From Patescibacteria group bacterium (GTDB taxonomy: Bacteria > Patescibacteriota > Minisyncoccia > UBA9983), in NCBI GenBank assembly GCA_040752125.1, contig JBFMFK010000003.1, positions 19,034 to 83,033 of the forward strand: a DNA stretch of 64,000 nt. The letters are read 5' to 3'. Of this stretch, positions 34,202 through 43,639 are shown one piece after another; position 1 is the stretch's first letter, and each line of letters opens with the position of its first letter. The notes beneath the pieces were generated by a model. The model was given only the letters and a program-made list of their open reading frames with translations, was not told the DNA's origin and searched no databases. Made by a program: the position numbers and the translations under genes.

Positions 34202-35329
34202 ATGAAAATAATCCTTACGGGCGGAGGCACAGGAGGACATTTTTATCCTATTCTCGCTGTTATAGATGCAATAAATATGCTTGCGGAGCAAAAGAAAATG
34301 TTGCCTCCGGAGATAGTTTTTATGTCTGATTCTCCTTATGATTCTGCTGAATTGGTAAAACGCGGGGTACGTTTCAAGAGAATCTATGCCGGAAAGATCA
34401 GACGTTATTTTTCTTTAAGAAATTTCCCTGACATTCTTAAAACTTTAGCAGGAATCATAAAGGCGGTTGTGATTGTTTACCTAGATTTTCCTGATATCAT
34501 CTTCAGCAAGGGCGGCTATGTCAGCTTCCCAGTTATCTTTGCAGCAAAAATTTTTGGTATGCCTCTGGTTATCCATGAATCAGATGCAGTACCTGGGAAA
34601 GTAAACCAATGGGCAGGAAAATTCGCCAGAGGAATAGCTATTTCTTTCCCGCAGACAATCAAATATTTCCCCAAAGAAAAAACCGCCTATACAGGCAATC
34701 CAATTAGAAAAGGATTTTCTGTTCCCCTAAAAACGGGTTCAAGGGAAATATTAAAACTGGAGGAAAATCTCCCGGTTATTCTCGTCCTCGGCGGATCACA
34801 AGGGGCAAGGGCGATCAATGATCTCATTCTTGATGTACTGCCTGAATTGATTCAAAAATACCAGATTATCCATCAATGCGGAGAAAATAATTTTGAGGAT
34901 GTCAAAAAAAGAATATCTATTATTTTAGATAAATCTTCATTAAGCCATAGATATCATCTTTTTAAATATCTCAAAGAAGATTTATTGAGGATGGCTTATG
35001 GCAGTGCCAATTTAGTCATTTCTAGGGCGGGTTCGGGTTCAATTTTTGAGATTGCTACTTCTGGTTTGCCCAGCATTCTTATTCCACTTCCTCATGCAGC
35101 CCAGGATCATCAAAGAGAAAATGCACAGGCATATGCAGAGACCGGAGCCACAGAGATTATTGAACAGAATAATCTTACGCCTCATATTCTGCTTTCTGAA
35201 ATAGAAAAAATAATATCTAATAAAAAATTAATGGAAGATATGTCTAAGACAGCAAAAAATTTCTCCAAGCCAGATGCTGCAGAAAAAATAGCCAAAGAAA
35301 TTTTAGTTATTACTTTGGAACATTCTTAA
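34202..35329 (+). CDS. murG: MurG (UDP-GlcNAc:lipid I GlcNAc transferase)
   Basis: GGGTGGHFYP N-terminal glycine-rich loop; GT28 fold. Confidence 0.9.
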   Translation: MKIILTGGGTGGHFYPILAVIDAINMLAEQKKMLPPEIVFMSDSPYDSAELVKRGVRFKRIYAGKIRRYFSLRNFPDILKTLAGIIKAVVIVYLDFPDIIFSKGGYVSFPVIFAAKIFGMPLVIHESDAVPGKVNQWAGKFARGIAISFPQTIKYFPKEKTAYTGNPIRKGFSVPLKTGSREILKLEENLPVILVLGGSQGARAINDLILDVLPELIQKYQIIHQCGENNFEDVKKRISIILDKSSLSHRYHLFKYLKEDLLRMAYGSANLVISRAGSGSIFEIATSGLPSILIPLPHAAQDHQRENAQAYAETGATEIIEQNNLTPHILLSEIEKIISNKKLMEDMSKTAKNFSKPDAAEKIAKEILVITLEHS

Positions 35330-35331
35330 AA

Positions 35332-36729
35332 ATGGAAAGATCTTCAATCAAAGATTTAAAAAATAAAATAGGAAAGAGTGTGAAAATTTCCGGCTGGGTA
35401 GATGCACGAAGAGACCATGGTAAATTGATTTTTCTTGACCTGCGCGATGCGGGTGAAAAAGTGCAAACAGTAATCCTGCCTGAGAAAAAAGAAGTCCATC
35501 ATTTAGGAGAAAAAATTAGGCCCGAATGGATTTTAGAAATGATAGGGGAAGTCAAAAAACGCCCTGAGAAAATGGTCAATCCAGAGCTGTTGCTCGGAGA
35601 TATAGAAATTGAAATTGATAAGATAATAATTCTAAATCAATCAAAAACGCCCCCATTTGATTTAAGCACTAGTGGCTATGAAGTTGATGAGGAAATCCGT
35701 CTTCTATACCGTTATCTGGATCTGCGGCGGCAGAGACTCCAGAAAAATTTAAAAATTCGCCATGAAATAATAAAATTTATCCGCGATGAACTTTCAGAAA
35801 GGGGCTTTATAGAAATAGAAACTCCGCTTTTAACTAAATCTACACCAGAAGGAGCGCGCGATTATGTAGTGCCTTCACGCCTTCACCCAGGAAAATTTTA
35901 TGCTCTTCCGCAATCGCCCCAGCAATACAAACAGCTTTTAATGGTCGCCGGGATAGAAAAATATTTTCAAATCGCCAAGTGTCTGCGCGATGAAGATACC
36001 AGAGGAGACAGACAGCCGGAATTTACACAGTTGGATCTGGAGATGAGTTTTATTGATGAAAATGAAGTAATGAATTTAATTGAAGAAATGATGATCAAAA
36101 TTATTGAGAAATTTTTTCCAAACAATAGAATTTTAAAAAGGCCCTTCCCAAGAGAAAAATACGGCGATGTCATTAAGAATCATCAAACTGACGCTCCAGA
36201 TATTAGAAACAATAAAAGCAATAATGCTGAATTGGCATTTTTGTGGGTGACAGATTTTCCTCTTTTTGAATATTCTGACAAAGAAAAAAGATTAGTTTCA
36301 GTTCATCATCCTTTTACCAGTCCGCATTTGGATGAAATTGAAATGTTGGATAAATTTCCCAAACAAATAAGAGCAAGAGCATATGATTTGGTTTTGAATG
36401 GTTTTGAGATAGGCGGCGGATCAATCAGAATATACCAAAGAGATTTGCAGGAAAAGATTTTTAAAATTTTGGGCATTAAGCCAAAGGTTTATAATACACA
36501 ATTCGGGCATTTACTTGAGGCATTTGAATTCGGCGTTCCACCACACGGCGGAATCGCTTTGGGTTTAGACAGATTGATCGCTATTCTTCAAGATGAACCC
36601 AATATCCGCGAAGTTATTGCTTTTCCAAAAACCGGCGACGGAAGAGACCTAATGATGAATGCGCCAACAGAAATTGACAAAGAACAACTCAAAGAACTGG
36701 ACATTGAAATCAAAAAAAAGAAATATTAA
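35332..36729 (+). CDS. aspS: aspartyl-tRNA synthetase, short archaeal/type-2 form
   Basis: An OB-fold N-terminus is followed by QSPQQYKQLL and FRDEDTR-like CLRDEDTRGDRQPEFTQLD. The C-terminus ends in GLDRLIAIL. Confidence 0.9.
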   Translation: MERSSIKDLKNKIGKSVKISGWVDARRDHGKLIFLDLRDAGEKVQTVILPEKKEVHHLGEKIRPEWILEMIGEVKKRPEKMVNPELLLGDIEIEIDKIIILNQSKTPPFDLSTSGYEVDEEIRLLYRYLDLRRQRLQKNLKIRHEIIKFIRDELSERGFIEIETPLLTKSTPEGARDYVVPSRLHPGKFYALPQSPQQYKQLLMVAGIEKYFQIAKCLRDEDTRGDRQPEFTQLDLEMSFIDENEVMNLIEEMMIKIIEKFFPNNRILKRPFPREKYGDVIKNHQTDAPDIRNNKSNNAELAFLWVTDFPLFEYSDKEKRLVSVHHPFTSPHLDEIEMLDKFPKQIRARAYDLVLNGFEIGGGSIRIYQRDLQEKIFKILGIKPKVYNTQFGHLLEAFEFGVPPHGGIALGLDRLIAILQDEPNIREVIAFPKTGDGRDLMMNAPTEIDKEQLKELDIEIKKKKY

Positions 36730-37078
36730 TGACCTAATGACCTAAACCTTGTTTAGGTCAAGACAAAAATTGAGATTGAAGTTTGGGGATATCTTGCATC
36801 CAACACCACCCCTAATTGCACGTTGGTTATTTGGTATGAATGCGCAAGTTTGTTGCCAAGACCACTTTTACGTCCAGGCTCTGATATTAGCGATGCCAAA
36901 TGGGTGACAAAAAGAGAAGTAAAAAAATTTTGCGATTCTGACGTCATTTCTCTATGGCCAAAAGAAATTAAAAAATATTTCGGAGTTAAAATAAGGTAGC
37001 CTAAAGCTACCTTTTTTATTTATTATTTAGAAAACTCAGCCCATGCCCCAAACTTAGTTTAGGTCAAATTTAGGTCAA
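36729..37078. mobile_element. ~350-bp element bounded by inverted TGACCTAA repeats (left TGACCTAATGACCTAAAC-cttg-TTTAGGTCA; right GTTTAGGTCAAATTTAGGTCAA) enclosing an 88-codon start-less gene remnant and its terminator; MITE-like or decayed cassette
   Basis: Direct read of the repeats. The internal frame (…VWGYLASNTTPNCTLVIWYEC…AKWVTKREVKKFCDSDVISLWPKEIKKYFGVKIR*) has no ATG, GTG or TTG. Confidence 0.3.
36994..37020 (+). terminator. rho-independent terminator (AGGTAGC-ctaaa-GCTACCT + TTTTTATTTATT)
   Basis: Direct read at the end of the enclosed gene remnant. Confidence 0.7.
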
Positions 37079-37114
37079 TTGAAAAAAACAGAAAAAATGT
37101 TAAAATAATTAGGT

Positions 37115-37825
37115 ATGTATGCAGTAAAAGTAGGGCAGTTTGAGGGACCGTTGGATCTGCTTTTAGAACTTATAGAAAGACACAAATTGTCAATCAATGA
37201 TATCTCCCTGGCGCAAATCACTGACCAATATTTAGAGCATCTTAAGCAATTAGATGGTTTTCCCATAGAAGAAGTGGCGCTTTTTATCACCATCGCCTCA
37301 ACATTAATACTGATTAAATCACACTCTTTAATACCTTCAATGGAATTAACCCCTGAAGAAGAAGAGAATATTGAAGAACTTGAGGAACGATTGAGGATAT
37401 ACAGACAGATTAAGACACTTTCCATCCATATAAAACAGATATTTTACAAAAACCCAGTTTTTGCAAGAGAGGGTTTTAAAAATATAACAATAGGCTTTAT
37501 AGAGCCGAAGGGCATATCTGTGGATAACTTATATGTCATATTTAAGAATGTAATAGATAGATTGCCTAAAGAAAACTGCCTTCCTGAAGTGAAAGTAAAA
37601 AAGATTATCAGTTTAGAGGAAAAAATAAAAGAATTGGCCGGCAGGATACAAGGTCAATTGGAACTCTCTTTCAGAGAGTTCGCAACTTCGAGAGCTGATA
37701 TGAAAGATAAAAAAATTGAAATGATAATAAGTTTTCTGGCGATGCTGGAAATGATCAAAAGAGAAATAATCATTGTGAATCAAATAGAATTATTCGGCGA
37801 AATCAATATTTGCAGATATGAATGA
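37115..37825 (+). CDS. scpA: segregation and condensation protein A
   Basis: The N-terminus GPLDLLLELIERHKLSINDISLAQITDQYL matches ScpA. Confidence 0.85.
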   Translation: MYAVKVGQFEGPLDLLLELIERHKLSINDISLAQITDQYLEHLKQLDGFPIEEVALFITIASTLILIKSHSLIPSMELTPEEEENIEELEERLRIYRQIKTLSIHIKQIFYKNPVFAREGFKNITIGFIEPKGISVDNLYVIFKNVIDRLPKENCLPEVKVKKIISLEEKIKELAGRIQGQLELSFREFATSRADMKDKKIEMIISFLAMLEMIKREIIIVNQIELFGEINICRYE

Positions 37826-38384
37826 TCTTGATAAACACATTGAAGCCCTGTTATTTTTAAAAGGTGAGTCAATGACCGTGAGAGAATTGGCGAAATTATT
37901 GAATGTAAAAGAGAAAGAGATAAAAGATACACTTGATATACTTGAGGAAAAATTTTCAGAAAGGGGAGTAAGACTGGTGAAAAAGGACGAATCAGTCATG
38001 ATGGTTACAGCATCCGAATCTTCGAAATTTACAAAGAAACTTGTGGATGAAGAATTTAATTCAGAATTGACAAGAGCCAGCCTAGAAGTATTAACCATCG
38101 TCCTATATCGCAACTCTGTCACCAGAGCAGAGATAGATTACATCAGAGGAGTAAATTCTTCATTTATAATACGCAATCTTCTAATCAGAGGATTAGTAGA
38201 AAGAATCCTCAACCCAAGAGATAGCAGAAGCTATCTTTATAAGCCAACCTTTCAGCTTCTCAATTATCTTGGCGTCAAAGATATCGATGAATTGCCTGAC
38301 AGAGATATCTTAAATAAATCTGTAGATAAAATAAAAAAAGAGAATGAATATAAGAACGAGAACAGCAATAATACTAATTTTTAG
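37818..38384 (+). CDS. scpB: segregation and condensation protein B
   Basis: Tandem wHTH domains are present, with HIEALLFLKGESMTVRELAK. It overlaps scpA. Confidence 0.85.
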   Translation: MNDLDKHIEALLFLKGESMTVRELAKLLNVKEKEIKDTLDILEEKFSERGVRLVKKDESVMMVTASESSKFTKKLVDEEFNSELTRASLEVLTIVLYRNSVTRAEIDYIRGVNSSFIIRNLLIRGLVERILNPRDSRSYLYKPTFQLLNYLGVKDIDELPDRDILNKSVDKIKKENEYKNENSNNTNF

Positions 38385-39213
38385 CTTGGTTTTTTTATTT
38401 TCCTACCAGATTCAGATTAATCAAAGACAAGAAGATGAATTTATTAAAACAACAGAGAGAAAAAAGATTTTTTTCTCTGATTTGAATTTGAAAGCCAAAG
38501 CCGTTTATGTTTTTGATATTAATAAAGACGAAGAGATTTTTGAGTATAATGCTGACAGTCAGCTTCCTCTAGCCAGTCTGACAAAAATTATGACTGCATT
38601 AATAGCTTTGGAAAATATACCCGCGGATCAGTATATAGAAATTTTACAGAAGGCGATTCTAGAAGAAGGCGATAATGGTTTTTCAGTTGGTGAAAAATTT
38701 AAAGCCTTAGATTTAATTGATGCTATGCTCATTTCTTCCTCCAATGACGCTGCGGCAGCCATTGCTCTTTCTTTTAAAGACAATAAATTTCTCTCCCTGA
38801 TGAACGAAAAATCAAAGAAAATCGGGCTAAATCAGACCATTTTTTTGAATCCAACTGGTTTAGATATGTCTAAGGATATTGCCGGCGCTTATGGATCGGC
38901 AAAAGATGTCGCCCAGCTTTTAAAATATACTCTGGAAAATCATCCCAAACTTCTCAAGAGAACCTCAGACCCTGAGCTAATAATCAATTCTCATACTTTT
39001 AGGAATACTGATAGACTTGTTGAGAATATTCCCGGCATTATAGCAAGCAAGACTGGTTTTAGTGATTTGGCTGGCGGTAATCTCGTTGTTGTCGCTGATA
39101 TTAGTCTTGGACATACTCTCATTTTTGTTGTTTTAGGGTCTACAGAAGAGGGCAGATTCGAGGATATGGAGAAACTTTATAAACAGACTTTATCTTATTT
39201 TAATGCAGAATAA
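38344..39213 (+). CDS. dacA: D-alanyl-D-alanine carboxypeptidase (S11, PBP5/6-like)
   Basis: It has a signal peptide, SxxK (ASLTK), SxN (SSSND) and KTG (KTGFSD). Confidence 0.75.
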   Translation: MNIRTRTAIILIFSLVFLFSYQIQINQRQEDEFIKTTERKKIFFSDLNLKAKAVYVFDINKDEEIFEYNADSQLPLASLTKIMTALIALENIPADQYIEILQKAILEEGDNGFSVGEKFKALDLIDAMLISSSNDAAAAIALSFKDNKFLSLMNEKSKKIGLNQTIFLNPTGLDMSKDIAGAYGSAKDVAQLLKYTLENHPKLLKRTSDPELIINSHTFRNTDRLVENIPGIIASKTGFSDLAGGNLVVVADISLGHTLIFVVLGSTEEGRFEDMEKLYKQTLSYFNAE

Positions 39214-39231
39214 TATGTTATCATAACAATT

Positions 39232-40284
39232 ATGGTAGTTGTATTAAAAGTTTTTGGATTATCTATCTTCGCATTCTTTCTGGCTGTTTTGTTGACTCCG
39301 GCTCTCACTAATTATCTCTACAGAAATAAAATGTGGAAGAAAAAAGTACGGACCGAAGCACTGACAGGCGGCGAAGCGAAGATTTTTTCTCAACTTCACA
39401 AAGATAAAGAAGTAGGCACGCCCAGAATGGGTGGCATTCTCATCTGGTTGACCACTTTTATCATTATTATTTTGTTCTGGCTGTTGGCATATTTTTTACC
39501 TTCATCTTTAATCCAACGGATTAATTTTTTGAGCAGAAACCAAACCTGGCTGCCTTTTTTTACGCTAATGATGGCTTCTCTGATCGGCCTAACAGATGAT
39601 ATCTTGCAGATTCGCGGTCAAGGCAAATATATGGCCGGCGGAATAAGCCTGACAAAGAGAATTGTCTTGGTTTCAATACTGGGTCTTATCGGTGGTTATT
39701 GGTTTTACTTTAAATTAGGAATGAGTTCAATCCTCATTCCTTTTGTAGGTGATGTAAATCTTGGTATCTTTTTAATACCTTTATTTATTATAGTTATGCT
39801 GGCAATGTTTTCGGGCGGAGTGATAGATGGGATTGACGGTTTGGCTGGAGGAATTTTTGCAGCAATCTTTTCGGCCTATGGAGGCATTGCCTTTTTCCAA
39901 AACCAGATTGATCTTGCAGCATTCTGCGGAGTGATTGTCGGCGGTATATTGGCTTTTTTATGGTTCAATATTCCTCCAGCAAGATTTTATATGGGAGAGA
40001 CAGGCATTTTGGGTTTAACGACAACTCTCACTGTTGTAGCATTTTTAACAAAGTCAGTGGTAGTACTTTTGATCATTGCCTTCCCTCTACTGGCGGCTTC
40101 AGGTTCAGTAATATTACAATTGCTTTCAAAAAAAATTTTCCATAAAAAATTATTTAAAGTGGCACCGATTCATCACCATTTTGAAGCATTGAGCTGGCCT
40201 TCCTACAAAGTAACGATGCGTTTCTGGGTAATCAGCGTTGTTTTAGCTGTCATAGGTATGGTCTTTGCATTAATAGGAAAATAA
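39232..40284 (+). CDS. mraY: phospho-N-acetylmuramoyl-pentapeptide transferase MraY
   Basis: LIGLTDDILQI, VIDGIDGLAGG and HHHFE motifs are present in a polytopic protein. Confidence 0.9.
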   Translation: MVVVLKVFGLSIFAFFLAVLLTPALTNYLYRNKMWKKKVRTEALTGGEAKIFSQLHKDKEVGTPRMGGILIWLTTFIIIILFWLLAYFLPSSLIQRINFLSRNQTWLPFFTLMMASLIGLTDDILQIRGQGKYMAGGISLTKRIVLVSILGLIGGYWFYFKLGMSSILIPFVGDVNLGIFLIPLFIIVMLAMFSGGVIDGIDGLAGGIFAAIFSAYGGIAFFQNQIDLAAFCGVIVGGILAFLWFNIPPARFYMGETGILGLTTTLTVVAFLTKSVVVLLIIAFPLLAASGSVILQLLSKKIFHKKLFKVAPIHHHFEALSWPSYKVTMRFWVISVVLAVIGMVFALIGK

Positions 40285-40297
40285 AAATAAAAAAATA

Positions 40298-41845
40298 TTG
40301 TATAATATAAAATCAATGGCAAAATATAATATAATAATTAAAAATGGAACTGTCTTTGACGGCAAGAGCAATAGTCCTCAGAAAATTGACATCGGAATTA
40401 CAAAAGATGAAATTAAAAAAATAGGGAACTTAGAGAAAGAAACCGCGGAGAAAATTATTGATGCGCAAGGCAGATATGTTTCTCCAGGCTTTATTGACCT
40501 TACTAACCATTCAGACATTCGATGGACAATTTTTACTAATCCTGTACTGGAAAGTCTGCTCAGACAGGGCATAACCACAATTTTGGGGGGAAATTGCGGA
40601 CTTTCCATTGCACCCCTGGTAAGGGGAATAGGAATCTCTGGAGTCAATGTTAATTGGCAGAGCGTAAGCGAGATGCTTGCTGAACTAGATAACCGCCAAC
40701 TCTCTCTTAATTTTGGAACACTGGTTGGCTTTAAAACTCTAGAAGAAAATTCAACAGATTTTAATCAGATGAAGATGCTACTGGAAAGTTCCCTTAAAGA
40801 GGGTGCTTTTGGTTTATCCACTAGTCTGGGCCTTGGACCTACACGTCTTTCAGAAGATGAAATTGAAGAATTATTAAAATCATTAAAAAAATTTGGAGGA
40901 TTTACAAAACATCATCTTGAAGATGAAGGCAAGGAGATCCTGCCAGCACTCTCTAATATCATAGGATTTGCCAGAAAAACAGAAACGCAAACTCATATTT
41001 CTCATTTTAAAATTTTAGGCAAAGGTGCTTGGCCATTATTTGATAGCACCTTAGAAATGATGCGAAACGCCCGTGCAGAGGGTATAAGACTCACTTTTGA
41101 TTTTTTCCCATATCAAAGAACTGGCTCAAATCTTTTTATGCTTCTACCGTCATGGCTAAGGAAGATGGGCAGGGATCAAATAATAGACGTTTTAAAATCA
41201 AAAGAAAGCAAATTAAGGGAAGAAACAATAAAATCTCTGGAAAATCTGACACTCCATTATGATAAAATCACTGTGACCTCATCATTAAAAGAAATTGCCA
41301 ATACAGGTAAAACGATTCTTGAAATAAGCAGAATAACCGATCTTTCACCAGAAGAAACAATTTTAGATCTTTTGGCGTCAAATAATCTTTTTGTTTCTAT
41401 TTTTAGTGAAGTGATTAATAAATTCCATATATTAAAATTAAGCCAAGAAGATTACGGCGCCATCGCTACTGACGGCATAGGATATGACGCATCTATTTTT
41501 ACAACAGCAACGGATTTGCCACATCCAAGATCTTTTGGCACCTTTCCCAAGGCATTCAGGATTTTTGTCAAAGAGGAGAATCTTCTTGATTGGCAGAAAA
41601 CCATTTATAAATCAACAGGTCTTCCTGCAGCCATCTTAGGATTAAAAGATCGTGGTACTATTGAAAAAGGAAAAAAATCTGATATTATCGTATTTAATCC
41701 TAATGAACTGAGTGAGCATTCAACATACGAAAATCCTTTTCAGTTTTCCGGAGGCATTGAATATGTCATCGTTAACGGCATTATAGAATTAGATAAAAAT
41801 CAATTGACCGGCAAATCAGCCGGCAGAGTATTGAAGAAAACATGA
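40298..41845 (+). CDS. N-acyl-D-amino-acid deacylase (D-aminoacylase) family amidohydrolase
   Basis: GRYVSPGFIDLTNHSD…GITTILGGNCGLSIAP is the typical D-aminoacylase N-terminal signature. Confidence 0.7.
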   Translation: MYNIKSMAKYNIIIKNGTVFDGKSNSPQKIDIGITKDEIKKIGNLEKETAEKIIDAQGRYVSPGFIDLTNHSDIRWTIFTNPVLESLLRQGITTILGGNCGLSIAPLVRGIGISGVNVNWQSVSEMLAELDNRQLSLNFGTLVGFKTLEENSTDFNQMKMLLESSLKEGAFGLSTSLGLGPTRLSEDEIEELLKSLKKFGGFTKHHLEDEGKEILPALSNIIGFARKTETQTHISHFKILGKGAWPLFDSTLEMMRNARAEGIRLTFDFFPYQRTGSNLFMLLPSWLRKMGRDQIIDVLKSKESKLREETIKSLENLTLHYDKITVTSSLKEIANTGKTILEISRITDLSPEETILDLLASNNLFVSIFSEVINKFHILKLSQEDYGAIATDGIGYDASIFTTATDLPHPRSFGTFPKAFRIFVKEENLLDWQKTIYKSTGLPAAILGLKDRGTIEKGKKSDIIVFNPNELSEHSTYENPFQFSGGIEYVIVNGIIELDKNQLTGKSAGRVLKKT

Positions 41846-42210
41846 GTCATATAGCCAGTCCTATTGGCAATGAAATTACCTGCGTAATGTATGACATCGA
41901 TGATGCTGTCTTAAATGATGTAGAAAAATTGGAACAAGCCTTACTAGAGGCGGCGAGTAAGGAAAATTTAACAGTCCTAAAACAGATGTCTCATAAGTTT
42001 GAGCCGTACGGCTTTACGGCAATGCTGATGATACAAGAATCGCACATAGCTATCCACACCTATCCAGAATATCATTGTTTAGTTTTTAATCTTTACAGTT
42101 GCCGTGGTCCTAATGATGGGAAGATCACAATGGAATCTTTTAAAAATGCAGTAAAACCAAAAGAAATTGATCTGAAGGAAAGAAAGATAAAAATAGATTC
42201 AAAAGAATAA
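41842..42210 (+). CDS. speH: S-adenosylmethionine decarboxylase proenzyme (small SpeH/SpeD class, pyruvoyl enzyme)
   Basis: The self-cleavage motif ESHIAIHTYPE is present (E-S↓H). Size is 122 aa. Confidence 0.75.
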   Translation: MSHIASPIGNEITCVMYDIDDAVLNDVEKLEQALLEAASKENLTVLKQMSHKFEPYGFTAMLMIQESHIAIHTYPEYHCLVFNLYSCRGPNDGKITMESFKNAVKPKEIDLKERKIKIDSKE

Positions 42211-42215
42211 ACTAA

Positions 42216-43520
42216 ATGATAAAGAAAATAATCAAAAAGATAATCATCTTCCTGCTTCAGTTTGAAGCTAGGCTCATTCTCAAAAAATACAAACCAAAAA
42301 TAATTGCCATCAGTGGAACGGTAGGCAAAACCTCTGCCAAAGACGCAATCTATCGCGTTCTTTCTTCTAAATTAAAAGTGAGGAAGAGTGAAAAAAGCTA
42401 TAATAACGAAATAGGCGTACCGCTTACTATCATAGGATCAAAAAGCGGATGGAATAATGTTTTTGCCTGGATTTTTAATTTAATTAAAGGCTTGAAAGTT
42501 ATTTTTTCAAAAAATCATTATCCCTCTTGGTTGATCTTGGAGACCGGTGTTGACAGACCCGGGGATATGGGGAAGATGCTGAAATTAATCAGGCCGGACA
42601 TTGGAGTTATCACTGCCCTTGGTGAAATTCCAGTTCATATAGAATATTTTAAAGAAATAGAAGATCTTATCAGAGAAAAAGCTAAAATCTTACAGGCACT
42701 CAAGAAAGATAATTTTGCGATACTGAATTGTGATGATAAAGGTATTTTAGAATTAAAATCAAAAATTGACGCCAGTATAATTACTTATGGGTTCTCGGAA
42801 GAGGCGGATTTCAAGGCGTCAAATTATCGGATAATTTTCAGAAAAGAAGGTGATAGAGAAATCCCGGAAGGCATTTCCTTTAAAGTTGATTATCAGGGCA
42901 ATATCATCCCGGTTCGCCTCTATGGTTCTTTTGGTAGACAAATCGTCTATGCTGCCTTAGCTTCTATGGCAGTTGGAAGTATTTTAAATTTTAATCTGGT
43001 GGAAATGGCAGAGCTGTTATCAAATTATGAATCTCCTCCAGGGAGACTAAGGCTCCTTGAGGGCATAAAACATAGTTCTATTTTGGACGACACCTATAAC
43101 TCTTCACCCATAGCAGTAAGAACTGCCTTAGAATTATTAAAGGAAATCCCTGCAAAAAGGAAGATTTCTGTCTTGGGAGATATGTTGGAGCTTGGGAAAT
43201 ATACCATTGAGGAGCACAGAAGAATGGGAAGGATGGCAAAAGAATCGGCAGATATTCTTTTCTTCATCGGACCACGTTCAAAGTTTGCAGCTGAAGAGGC
43301 TGAGATAGAAGGAGTTAAAAAAGAAAATATTTTTGAATTTTCCACTTCTGAAGAAGTAAAGATGACCGTTCAAGAGAAGATAAAAGAAGGTGACCTGATT
43401 CTTATCAAGGGATCGCAAAGCATGAGGATGGAAAAAATTACAGAAGAAATAATGCTCCATCCAGAGAAAAAAGAAGAACTTCTTGTCAGACAGGAGAAAG
43501 AATGGTTGAATAGATCATAA
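42216..43520 (+). CDS. murF: UDP-MurNAc-tripeptide--D-Ala-D-Ala ligase MurF (compact, lacks N-terminal domain)
   Basis: A Mur ligase P-loop ISGTVGKTS is present. The MurF-type DDTYNSSP motif is seen (compare DDSYNANP). Position is next to mraY. Confidence 0.75.
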   Translation: MIKKIIKKIIIFLLQFEARLILKKYKPKIIAISGTVGKTSAKDAIYRVLSSKLKVRKSEKSYNNEIGVPLTIIGSKSGWNNVFAWIFNLIKGLKVIFSKNHYPSWLILETGVDRPGDMGKMLKLIRPDIGVITALGEIPVHIEYFKEIEDLIREKAKILQALKKDNFAILNCDDKGILELKSKIDASIITYGFSEEADFKASNYRIIFRKEGDREIPEGISFKVDYQGNIIPVRLYGSFGRQIVYAALASMAVGSILNFNLVEMAELLSNYESPPGRLRLLEGIKHSSILDDTYNSSPIAVRTALELLKEIPAKRKISVLGDMLELGKYTIEEHRRMGRMAKESADILFFIGPRSKFAAEEAEIEGVKKENIFEFSTSEEVKMTVQEKIKEGDLILIKGSQSMRMEKITEEIMLHPEKKEELLVRQEKEWLNRS

Positions 43521-43550
43521 GGCTTGCCCTGCGAAGCTTCAGCGAAGTGG

Positions 43551-43622
43551 GACCTCTTCGTCTAGTGGTTAGGACACATGGTTCTCAGCCATGCAACACG
43601 GGTTCGACTCCCGTAGAGGTCA
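43551..43622 (+). tRNA. tRNA-Glu (anticodon CUC)
   Basis: Cloverleaf drawn by hand. The acceptor stem is GACCTCT/AGAGGTC. The anticodon stem is CATGG/CCATG with loop TTCTCAG, and the T-arm is ACGGG-TTCGACT-CCCGT. Confidence 0.85.
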
Positions 43623-43639
43623 ATGCTATAATAAGACCA

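Noticed and set aside
36753-36947. Minus-strand 64-aa ORF inside the inverted-repeat element
   Set aside because: It has no RBS, and its composition reflects the antisense of the plus-strand gene remnant. The plus frame has recognisable protein-like sequence and is followed by a terminator.
43547-43639. N-terminal 31 codons of the supplied P-type ATPase ORF (MGPLRLVVRTHGSQPCNTGSTPVEVNAIIRP)
   Set aside because: This stretch is the translation of tRNA-Glu(CUC), which folds into a canonical cloverleaf. The real start is the ATG at 43640.
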